A DNA stretch of 64,000 nt from positions 97,712,001 to 97,776,000 of the forward strand of contig NC_043005.1 of assembly GCF_006345805.1 (NCBI RefSeq), read 5' to 3'. The position numbers and the translations under genes were made by a program. Below the pieces are notes generated by a model, which did not search any database, was not told the DNA's origin, and was given only the letters and a program-made list of their open reading frames with translations. Shown here piece by piece: positions 38,867-50,552 of this stretch. How positions within the stretch are numbered: the stretch's first letter is position 1; each line of letters begins with the position of its first letter. Source of the DNA: Octopus sinensis. Lineage: Eukaryota.

Positions 38867-39260
38867 CTAGCAGTATTGCCCGGCATTGCTCAGGTTTGTT
38901 TCGACCCTTTAGAATTGGAATTTTTGAAAAGTAAAAATTTTGCATTATATAGCTTGTTATTCTCTTTAAGTGAACATTTTTCTGGTTGAAACACACCGAA
39001 AAATGGTGACACAGCAGTCAAAAAGTCGAAAAAATAGGGATTTTCATAGAAAAAAAGCACCTTTTTAATGTAAATAATTATTGGTGTTAACATGGTCCGA
39101 TTTGAATTTGTTCTTCTACGGCAGGAAGAGCAAGCCTTCTTCCATCATACCTCAATTTTGGTCAACTTGCACTGCAGGGTCTCGGAGGAGATAGTTTTAG
39201 TTGAAGGCTACCAAACCTGCCACACACACAGACAACTTCAGCTTTATATATAGAGAGAGA
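38867..39260 (-). mobile_element. Non-autonomous Helitron
   Basis: Minus strand starts TCTCTC..TATATATAAAGCTG and ends with hairpin CCTGAGCAATGCCGGG then CTAG, between A and T. Confidence 0.75.
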
Positions 39261-39454
39261 TTAGGTTGTAGTCTTTCAAACCTAACACCAAATTACTTTT
39301 GGTGTTAGGTAATAACTGATAATAGTCATACTACAGTAAGATATTCTGGGGATGTAATAGGACACAAATAGAGACAAGGCCTAGTCATTAATGTTGCTGG
39401 CATTATGGGCAAGCTGAATTTTGCTATCCTAACATGTATATCTATTTTTTGTGT

Positions 39455-39740
39455 GTGAAGGTGCGTAACTTAGTGGTTAGGATATTCGGCTCATGATCGT
39501 AAGGTCGTGAGTTCAATTCCTGGGGATGCAGTGTGTCCTTGAGCAAGACACTTTATTTCACATTGCTCCAGTCCAATCAGATGACAAAAACGAGTTGTAA
39601 CTGTCATGCTGAATCTCCCTGAGAACTAAGTTAAGGGTACATGTTTCTGTGGAGTGCTCAGCCACTTGCATGTTAATATCATGAGCAGGCTGTTCCATTT
39701 ATCAGAAGAACTGGGACCCAATTAGGGTCCCAGATAGAGT
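39455..39740 (+). mobile_element. tRNA-derived CORE-like SINE
   Basis: TAGTGGTTAG A box, GAGTTCAATTCC B box, CCTTGAGCAAGACACTT; homologous to 63495-63810. Confidence 0.8.
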
Positions 39741-40534
39741 ACCACTTATTTTGTAAAATTTTCCCTAGGTGTAAAACCTATTAATGTAGGAATAACAACT
39801 TTATTACAGTTTATTAAATATAGAATATAGTATGTATTTTATTTATCATCTTCATGTTCTCCTTTGATTTTGAAAACTCTGAAATATGTTGAGGGTTTGC
39901 TATGCATGTGACACCTCTTGCTGGCTGTCAGCATAAACTTTCTCTTTCACTTTTATTTTCATTTATATCTTATTTGTTTATATATTTTAATTTCTTTGTT
40001 TATTGAATTGCAGACAATTTGAAAAAAAAAAAAAAAATTACATTATTCGTGTCAGCCTCCAATTTCACTATTTTCTCAAACAATTCAGAGATAATTATAA
40101 TTATAAGTCAATCTGTATAAAAGCAGACTTCCAGACGTCAAAACAGTTTGATAAGCACCATGCCTGGAACTCTGGGTCCTTGAATCACTTTTAAATTTTG
40201 CTGATTAAAAACGCTACACACACAGACACACAGACACAGACGTAGACATACAGAGACACAGACACACACATACAGGCACACACACATATATGTACGCACA
40301 CATAACAAGCTTCATACAGCTTATGTCTACAAAATGCACTTACTTGGCATTGGTTGAAACGAGGCTGCAGCAGAAAGCACTTGTTCAAGACGCAGTGCAG
40401 AGGGAATGGATCCAAAATCTCATATTTGAAAGTAAACTTCTTAACTACACACCTAATTCAATTTACACACACACACACACACATTACATTGTCACATGGA
40501 ATTTAACAATTTAACTGTAACACAACCTGTTATG

Positions 40535-40568
<34 letters not shown>

Positions 40569-40784
40569 TGTATGTATGTATGTATGTATGTATGTATGTA
40601 TGTATGTATGTATGTATGTATGTATGTGTGCATGTGTGTGTGTGTCTGTATATATATATATATATATTGTTGTATTTAGGAATGGTTTTGTTGCCAGTTT
40701 AGCCAATAAAAACACATGCACTATATATTTGGTGTTACTTTGCTTCAGTGTTATTTATTTTTACATTAATCTTAATCTTACTTC

Positions 40785-40828
40785 GGCCAGAGTTCTTTCA
40801 TCACACTTCTGTGACCTCATCAGCGGTC
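40785..40828 (-). ncRNA. Minimal type-I hammerhead in a (TA)n-flanked element (~40667-40886)
   Basis: gaccg-CTGATGA-g-gtcaca-gaag-tgtgat-GAAA-gaact-C-tggcc; CUC triplet. Confidence 0.7.
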
Positions 40829-40901
40829 CTTTGCTTTCTCCTTTCATATTTGTGTGTCTTTCCTTACTAACGATCAGCCATGGCCTATATATATATATAT
40901 A

Positions 40902-41280
40902 TAGGCACAGGAGTGGCTGTGTGCTAAGAAGCTTTCTTCTCAACCATGTGGTTCTGGGTTCAGAACCACATGTAGTAGACACTCGGGCAAGTGTCTTCTA
41001 CAAAGCCTTGTGAGTGGATTTGGTAGACGGAAGCTGAAAGAAGCCTGTCGTATACATATGTATGTATCTCTATGTGTATGTGTCTGTTTCTCCCCACCCA
41101 TCACCTCTTGACAACTGGTGTTGGTGTGTTTATGTCCCTGTAACTTAGCAGTTCGGCAAAAGAGACCGATAGGCTTAAAGGATAGGTACTGGGGTGGATT
41201 CCTTCGACTAAAAATTCAAGGCAGTGCCCCAGCATGGCCACAGTCTAATGACTGAAACAAGTAAAATACGATAGATAAAA
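40902..41280 (+). mobile_element. CORE-type SINE
   Basis: Homologous to 36586-36980 and 46515-46962. Confidence 0.85.
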
Positions 41281-41323
41281 GATATATATATATATACACA
41301 CACACACATATACATATATACAT

Positions 41324-41394
<71 letters not shown>

Positions 41395-41444
41395 TATATA
41401 CACATATATACATACATACATGTATACATACATACATACATACA

Positions 41445-41490
<46 letters not shown>

Positions 41491-41629
41491 CACATATATA
41501 TATGGCCTGCTCGCTTAGCCAGCGGGGTGGCCTCATTTGAAGGCTAAAACAATGCAAAGTGCATTGTGACCAGCGATGTGTAGCAACATCTGATAGCCAA
41601 CTTTCTCACCTATATATAATATATATATA

Positions 41630-41660
<31 letters not shown>

Positions 41661-42718
41661 AATTATAAATTATAAATTATTAAAGAACCTTTACAGTTCT
41701 TTAATAATTTAATGATCTAGGAACTTTTATTATATATATATATGTATTTGTGGGTGTGTGTGTGTGTATATATATATGTTTTACTGCACACATGTATGTG
41801 TGTGAGTGTGTGTGTGTGTGTGTGTATGTGGGCATATGAGGATGAATCAGAAAGTAATGAAAAGAAATTGCATTAGTTCCTAATTCACCCTTGTCTCTAT
41901 CTCTCTCTCTCTCTACATACACACATATATATATGTATGTATAGAGAGAGAGTGAAAGTGAGACAGAGACAATATACTTATGCATATATATCTGTATATA
42001 TATCTGGATGTTAATACATATGTGTATACACTGCATGTGCACACACACACACTCTAAACATATCTGTATATATCTACGCATACACACACACACATATATA
42101 TATATATATTAAGACAATTAGGTGAAAGTCTCCACTGATAGCTACAACAACAGACACAGTTTGCCATAATCACATCGCATCATTTATTACTGTGCAAGCA
42201 AACGAGTCCCATTTTGCAGCAAACACAGAATTCACAGAGAAGTCTTGATATGTCTTTACATAATTACATCTTTGATATTTAATTACTCTGTTTGATGTCA
42301 ATTGTTGTACCTTTTTTTTTCATGTTCTCCAGGGAATGGCAGGGGATGGCTGTTAGTAAATCAAATAGTTTCACGGATTTTGGTAATTTATCTCAAGATT
42401 TTTATTTGTCATTCTGTAATTTATATCTATAATGGAAGAGAATAAACGACACCTTTTTACCTGACTGGTATCTGGTATCTATTCTGATTGAATTCACTGA
42501 GTGGGTGGTGTACATTGTAGATGAAGTTACATTTATTCCAGTAGAGTGGTTAACACAGCTATAGACTTGCAGGCATAATTGAGTGTATAAGGAATATTAA
42601 TGGAATGTTCTAGTTAAAACTTCTGCCAATTACAAGCACTACAGACTTGGTATCAAATTAATGAAGGAGCTTCTTTGAGGTTATTTCACTGTTTTACCTT
42701 ATAACAGTCAGATTTTCC

Positions 42719-42948
42719 TCAACCTTTTAGCATTCAGACTACTCTGTTAAATATAATTCTTATTTATTCACATTGTTTTGAATTAATCATGTATTATCAT
42801 AACTCTGAGATTTTGATGATGTCATTGTTTATTTTTAGAAAGATATTTTAGGGTAGATATGAGACACTGGATCTGGCCGGTTTGGTTTTAGTGTAAAACA
42901 GGTAGAATATTTGGGTCAGATATGGCCAGTTTAAATGCTAAAAGATAA
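42719..42948. mobile_element. Possible piggyBac-like MITE
   Basis: Ends AACCTTTTAGCATT and AATGCTAAAAGATAA are imperfect inverted copies with degenerate TTAA-like flanks. Confidence 0.5.
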
Positions 42949-44029
42949 GGCCCTAACACACTTTTATTATGAGAAGGCCATAAAATAATAATGTAACCTG
43001 GATTGCCCCCAAAAGATAGGGTGGTCGTAGTTAGAAAGACTTTCATCATAAATGTTATTCAATAAGAGCTTGTAGTTAAACAACTGCCACATTAATCAAC
43101 ATAGGCTTATGTGAAGAGGTATAAGTCTACTGCTCGGCAGGTGTAAACATTTCCTTCAAAATGATGCTTGGCCACTGTTGGTCAATGTCGAACATGTATG
43201 TGCAAGCAAGGCAAGATTTTTTTTAGGAAAACTAGCTGTTGCTCATGCATGTAAATCATTCCTCTCCGTGTCATTAATGTTAGTTTAAGGGAAAGGTCAC
43301 TGACCTGACCTGTTATAACTTGATATCAGTCTCACTGTCAGGATTACAAAGAACTGGAACAGATACTCAAAGACAATGACCCTCAACATTTTTGGCACTG
43401 CAGACTGGTTTCATGCAAGACAATTCTTCTACAGACTGTGTGTATCGCATGCTTAACAAAACAATAAAATGCAAAATCTATAGTTTAATTATTACATATA
43501 CAATACATATATATAATGCAAAAACACCTTTGCAGACTGTGGTAGTTAGTAAAATAGAAATAATTTATTTTTCTCTGTGTGGCCTGGTGTGAAATAATCC
43601 ATGGCCTGGTAATGGTCTGTAGCTTGGTGGCTGGAGTCTCCTGTGTGTCTGTGTCTGCATGTATACACACACACAAACACACACATACACACACATCTTA
43701 AAGTATACAGTATTTGTACATAGCATACCAATCAATTACAGCTGATTGTATCAATTAGCTTTGAACTGGATGCTAAAATACTGCATGCTCTTCAGAGTTT
43801 TGCAGATATGAAAAAGAAAATACGGTGAACTTTTTCCCTACCTACCATCGCTGAAGAGCGTGCACTATTATTTAACCATGCAGTCATCTAACATCCAATT
43901 TCAGTAACCAGTGTGAAACTGATTGGTATGATCAGCTGTAATGAATACTGCATACTTTGAGTAATATATCCACTCTATTGACAAATAAATAAGTACATCT
44001 TTTCTTTTCCTTTCATACATGAATATAGA

Positions 44030-44078
44030 CAGGTAGATAGATAAATAGATAGATAGATAGATAAATAGATAGACAGAC

Positions 44079-44137
<59 letters not shown>

Positions 44138-44176
44138 CAGATAGACAGACAGATAGATAGATAGATAGATAGATAG

Positions 44177-44228
<52 letters not shown>

Positions 44229-44235
44229 CAGACAA

Positions 44236-44304
<69 letters not shown>

Positions 44305-44321
44305 CAGATAGATAGACAGAC

Positions 44322-44385
<64 letters not shown>

Positions 44386-44386
44386 T

Positions 44387-44437
<51 letters not shown>

Positions 44438-44500
44438 GTAGATATAGATATATAAACAGAGGCAGACAGACAGACAAACAGATCGATAGGTAAATAGATA
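44030..44500 (+). repeat. (AGAT)n microsatellite
   Basis: Read directly. Confidence 0.95.
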
Positions 44501-44893
44501 AATAGGTATTCTTAGTTTCAGCAATTGATTTGATATGAGACAGCTGTGTTGAACCTAAAATGCTAAATATAATTAACACTGTGCTAGAGTTATATTGCTC
44601 ATTTAAAATAAACACTCATAACATCGACATTATGCCTACTTTGTTATATTATTAATATATTCTCTTTTTATAACAGTGCGCACACACACACACACACAGT
44701 TGAATATTTATTACAGTATTTACTGATTTGTGGCATAGATACAAATGTGTTCAACATTAGTGATAAGCATTATATTTGCCTCAGTACACTCCTGATACTT
44801 TTTATATTAATGTACCATTTCCTTTTCTTTTTTAACTGGTGCAATGTGGTTTCAAGGAATTTGATTTCTATTTCTAGTTGACTGAACAATCCC

Positions 44894-45192
44894 ATGTGGA
44901 GGCACGTGGCCTCATGGTTAGAGCAGCGGACTCACAGTCAAGGGATTGCAGGTTTGAATTTCAGACCGGGCGATGTGTGTGTTTATGAGCGAAACACCTA
45001 AGCTCCACGCAGCTCTGGCAGAAGGTAGCGGAGAACTTCTGCTAACTCTTTCACCACAACTTTCTCTCACTCTTCCCTCCTGCATCTAGCAGCTCACCTG
45101 CGACAGACCGGCGTCCCATCCAGGTGGGGAACCTGTACGCCAAAGAAACTGGGAAACCGGCCCTATAAGCCAGGCGTGGCTCGAGAAGGAAG
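44894..45192 (+). mobile_element. tRNA-derived SINE
   Basis: TGGCCTCATGGTTAGAG A box, GGTTTGAATTTC B box; inverted copy at 45412-45710. Confidence 0.8.
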
Positions 45193-45411
45193 AAGGAAGA
45201 AGGAACTATCTCATAGAAGCTCCCTCATTGGTTCATCAATCATGGTTTTATCATTGGTTTATAAGGCGGCAAACTGACTTTGTCACCCGAGCAATGGATA
45301 GAATGCTTTGTAGCATTTGTTCTGGCACTCTATCTTTGAGGTTCAAGTCCCAACAATGACAATGATGCCTTTCATCCTTTTGATCTTGATAAATATGTTG
45401 TTGTTTGTTGT

Positions 45412-45710
45412 TTGTTCCTTCTCGAGCCATGCCTGGCTCATAAGGGCCGGTTTCTTGATTTCTTTGCTGTATAGGTTCCCCACCTGGATTGGATGCCGGT
45501 CCGTCGCAGGTGAGCTGCAAGATGCAGGAGGAAAGAGTGAGAGAAAGTTGTGGCGAAAGAGTCAGCAGAAGTTCACCATTACCTTCTGCAGAGCCACGTG
45601 GAGCTTAGGTGTTTCGCTCATAAACACACACATCACCCGGTCTGAGATTTGAACCCGCAATCCCTCGACCGTGAGTTCGCTGCTCTAACCACTAGGCCAT
45701 GTGCCTCCAC
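45412..45710 (-). mobile_element. tRNA-derived SINE (same family as 44894-45192)
   Basis: Reverse-complement match along the full length. Confidence 0.8.
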
Positions 45711-46149
45711 TTAATAAATATAGTACCAACAAATTATTGGGAGTTGATTTCTGTCTCCCTCTTGGAATTTTCTCCATGCCAAGACTAAATAAGGAACATT
45801 CAGATCACAGCACTTCCAATATTTTTACATCCATTTGTGGATTTGTGGGGACTGGCATGTTAAAGAATAGACCTAACATTTCCTTTGCATGATGTAAAAG
45901 GCCACCTAAAGAGGTCGAGGTAGGATTTGCACTCTGACCTCGGAAAACCCTCACCAGCAACAACTACCAAAACAAACCCATGGGTAGGAGGGTTGTTGCC
46001 TGAGTGGTGCAAAAGTGTCCTCTGCCAGGAGTAGGGTATCACCAACAAGTGGGGAATGCTGTAATGCACTGTCACAGCACATGCCCCCATACTACAACAA
46101 CATTAGGGACCACAATAAAAAAAGATTACTGAATTTCCCTGTGCACATT

Positions 46150-46370
46150 CTTTTATTCTTTTACTTGTTTCAGTCATTGGACTGTGGCTATGCTGGAGCA
46201 CTGCCTTTAAAGGGCTTTTTTAGTAATTGAGCCCAGGACTTATTCTTTGTAAAGCCTAGTAATCTCAGTCTCTTTTGCCAAACTGCTATGTTACAGGGAC
46301 ATAAACACACCAACATCGGTTGTCAAGCAATGGTGGAGGGACAAACACAGACACAAAGACACACACACAC
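46150..46370 (-). mobile_element. CORE-type SINE 3' half
   Basis: Reverse complement of 46770-46962. Confidence 0.8.
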
Positions 46371-46514
46371 ATAAATACATACATATGTATATATGATGTA
46401 AACATTCAAACATTGTCACTGTCTTTCCAAATTCTGCTGCAGTTCACATAGAATTTTTAGTCTTGGTGTAAAAGTTGACCTACTATTTTTCAGTATCTGA
46501 AAAATTTGACATGT

Positions 46515-46687
46515 AGGCATAGGGGTGGCTGTGTGATAAGTAGCTTGCTTACGAAAACACATGGTTCTGTGTTCATTTCCACTGTGTGGCACCTTGGGCA
46601 AGTGTCTTCTACTATAGCCTCGGGCCGACCAAAACCTTGTGAGTGGATTTGGTAGCTGGAAACTGAAAGAAGCCCGTCGTAGATATA

Positions 46688-46741
<54 letters not shown>

Positions 46742-46962
46742 GTATATATGTGTGTGTGTGTTTGCGTGTCTGTGTTTGTCCCCCCAACATCGCTTGACAA
46801 CTGATGCTGGTGTGTTTATGTCCCCGTAACTTAGCAGTTCGGCAAAACAGAATGATAGAATAAGTACTAGGCTTACAAAAAATAAGTCCTGGGGTCAATG
46901 TGTTTGACTAAAGGTGGTGCTCCAGCATGGCGGCAGTCAAATGACTGAAACAAGTAAAAGAA
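46515..46962 (+). mobile_element. CORE-type SINE, full length with internal (TA)n(TG)n
   Basis: GGCACCTTGGGCAAGTGTCTT core; tRNA-like head; conserved tail. Confidence 0.85.
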
Positions 46963-47853
46963 CGTATGCCCTAAAATACTTCTTTTTCCTTTTTCATCTC
47001 AAAGTAAATGTTGTTCATCCCTGGATGCAAACATGGCTGCATAGTGGAAGAAGTTTGTTTCTTGATCATGGGATTTTGTGTTCAGTCCCACTGCTTGGCA
47101 TCTATGGAAAGTAAAACTGGGCTATCCAATAACTTGAGAGAGAATTTGGTGTGTGGAAACTGCAGGAAGCTTATCATATAAGTGTGTGTGTATGATGTTG
47201 ATATTCTATGCTTGTCCCTAGTTGAGTGAAGTGGTGCAGATATTGACATTTCTTCATCATCATCATCACCACCACCACTCTAATTTCCCTTTAGATTCCC
47301 TTCTCTCTAATTTCCCTTTAGATTCAGCTATGGAAACAAGAGCATTGGTATATTGGAGTTTACATGAACAGCCAGTCTCAAACCCCACTGTAATGTAATC
47401 TTAATTTCAGAATTGTGGCACCTAAATAAGAGAAATTTTGTTGATTAGTTTCAATATTACACTTGTATACAATATTTTTAGTTAAGCATTTATTGTGAAG
47501 TGGGTAGTCAATTTATTTTTATTGTTGCACAAATTAGTTAACTCGGGAAAAGGAATCTGGCTGGGTACAGAATTAGCACGTTCACTTTTTATTATCAGTA
47601 GCGTTGCTATCTGCATTGGTGACTCCTCCTCATTAATTATACCATTATTACTATTACTTTAGTCAGAAACTCATCTGTGTCAGATAGATTAGGATTGTCA
47701 CTGTTATTGTTGCTGTTATCATTTCTGTTATTCAAACTAAAACTTCCGCAATAACTACCACTTATACTATGATTATTTTCATTGTCAATACTATCCTTAT
47801 CATTATTATTATTATTGTTGTTGTTATTACTAATATTACCATTCTTCTTCTTC

Positions 47854-47884
<31 letters not shown>

Positions 47885-47961
47885 CTTCTCCTCCTCCTCC
47901 TCCTCCTCCTCCTCCTCATCATCATCATCATCATCATCATCATTATTAATAATATTAGCAT

Positions 47962-47999
<38 letters not shown>

Positions 48000-48539
48000 T
48001 CACTTTTGTTAAAGTTCCATAAATTTGGAGTGCTAGGGAAATCAACCTTGGTCATAGCAGTTTCACAAGAACCATTATAGGCATGGCCAGTAGAGTGAGG
48101 TCTACCAGTTTCATGTTTGAAGGAAATGTTTATTAATCTTACTATGATTAATAGCAGCGATATTTATCTGCTAAATTAGGTGTGGTAGAAAAAGAATTTT
48201 ATTAACATTCTTATTAAAGATTTTTCTGCATTTATTAAAAGGAGAGAAATTATGCTCTAATGCTCTAAAAATTTCGTTGCTAGTTGCGCAATTACATTTA
48301 TTGCACCAGGGGGGTTATATCATAATATTTGTTGAATATCATAATTATTTCTATTGTTATTACCCCCACTACCATTACTATTACTATTATTAGTGTTTTT
48401 ATTATTACCACCTTGATTATTTTTATTAGTATTACCATTATTGTTCATATTCTTCCTTTTAATCCTCTTCCCACTCTTGTTATGATGATGATGATGATGA
48501 TGAAGATGATGATGATGATGATGATAATAATAATAAGAA

Positions 48540-48640
48540 GAATTAAACTGTCAATGATGAGGGAAAGGATCAGAAGAAAATTCTATGGCAGAGTAAGGAC
48601 AATACTCAAGACAGAGCTGAATGCAAGAAACAAGATCAAA
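48540..48640 (+). mobile_element. Tiny R4/Dong fragment
   Basis: MRERIRRKFYGRVRTILKTELNARNK matches MKEKIRKECYRRVRAVLKSELNARNK in the 50.5-54.5 kb element. Confidence 0.75.
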
Positions 48641-48737
48641 ATAATAATCAGGAGGAACTTGGAAAGAAATGGAAACAAAATTGGAAAACTAACAACAACA
48701 ACAACAACAACAACAACAATAATTATTATAATAATCC

Positions 48738-48940
48738 TTTCTACTATAGGCACAAGGCCTGAAATTTTAGGGGCGGGGTGTGTCCAGTCGATTAGATTGA
48801 CCCCAGTATGCAGCTGGTACTTAATTTATCGACCTGAAAGGATGAAAGGCAAAGTCGACCTTGGTGGAATTTGAACTCAGAATGTAGCAACAGGTGAAAT
48901 AACCGCTAAACATTTCGTCCAGCATGCTAACGATTCTGCC
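48738..48940 (-). mobile_element. MetaSINE
   Basis: Reverse complement of the Meta domain and head. Confidence 0.8.
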
Positions 48941-48983
<43 letters not shown>

Positions 48984-49166
48984 GAAGAAGAAGAAGAAGA
49001 AGAAGAATAGCGCCAGCCTTGACAGCGGCTGGACGTGTTCCTCATTGCTCTGACAGTTCGGTGGCCGAAAGCCATAGAAACACTAATATGGGCCAGTTTA
49101 GCAACAGGGAAAAATAACTCTCAAAGACTGGAACATCTACAATACCTCGTGAGTATTTGAAATTCT

Positions 49167-50079
49167 CTTCAAAGTGGGTTAAGAAATTTACAAATTTACA
49201 TATCTGCAGCTTTCAAACATACATCCGATCGGCTTTAAAAACTTTAATACCCACAACTGCCTCTGTAAGCACCCTTTTTTTTCTTCTCTCTAAAAACATC
49301 ATGCTTTTCTTTTTGTGGACTTGCAAAACCCTAAAACTTTCTCTGAAAATCTGACTTTTCTTTGCTTCCTCCCAGAATATTCAAATATAAATGTAAACAT
49401 ATACTCTTTATTGCAAAAACACACCTGTTCTTCTAACTGGACATACAAACATCTCTAGAGGGGTCAACTTCAACCTCCACAATATTACCTTGCACGAAAT
49501 ATGCAAACACTTTTTATTGCAATAACACAAACGCACATGGAAAAAATAATGATGCTAAGATTCTCTCTGGTCGAACACAGCTTCTCTATTCACAAATAAT
49601 ACAGAACAGCCCTTCAAAATAAGTTAAGAAAATTTACAAATTTACATGTCTACAGTTTTCAATCATACATTCAACCAGCTTTAAAAACTTTGATACCCAC
49701 AATTGCCTCTGTAAACATCCTTTTTTTTTTTTTTTTTTCTCTCTAAAAACATCACGCTTTTCTTTTTGTGGACTTACAAAACCCTAAAACTTTCAATGAA
49801 AATCTGACTTTTCTTTGCTTCCTCCCTGAATATTCAAATATAAATGTAAACATATACTTTTTATTGTAAAAACACACCTGTTCTTCTATCTGGACATACA
49901 AACATCTCTAGAAAAGTCAACTTCAACCTCCACAATATTACTTTACAGGAAATATACAAACACTTTTTATTGCAATAACACAAACGCACATGGAAAAAAA
50001 CAAAAAAAAATGATGATGCTAAGATTCTCTCTGGTCAAATACAACTTTTCTATTCACAAACAATACAGAACAGCCCTTC
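49167..50079. repeat. ~450-bp tandem direct duplication
   Basis: 49167-49615 and 49612-50079 align end to end with scattered substitutions. Confidence 0.9.
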
Positions 50080-50552
50080 CTTAATTTTTCTTAAGCCTAA
50101 TAGTAGTAAACATCTGAACTTTTTTTGACCGATAGGACCCCACCTAAAAAAAAAAAAAAAAAAAAAAAATCACTGATGGTGATGGTGATGATGGTGATGA
50201 TGATAATAATGATAGTAATAGTGCTGATAATCTATCTATCTATCTACACACACACACACTCAAAGAGTTCAACAAACACAAAGAAAGTATTATTTGACAG
50301 GCAAGAACTCTGGTGTTGAAGACAGTCAGCCAGCCAACCACCAAGCCAGCCAACGAGACAGACAGACACTACTGTGATGGTGATAATGATAAAAAACAAA
50401 AATAACAATAATAAGATACTGCTGTGACTACACATAAGACAATATCATTGATGATGATGGTGGTGATGGTGATGGTGATGATGATGATGATGATGGTAAT
50501 GGTGGTGATAATGATGATAGTGATGGTAATGGTGATGATAATAACAATAATA

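Noticed and set aside
48080-48320. TAAT-rich unique stretch resembling a conserved enhancer (also 58560-58700)
   Set aside because: Cannot be supported without cross-species alignment.
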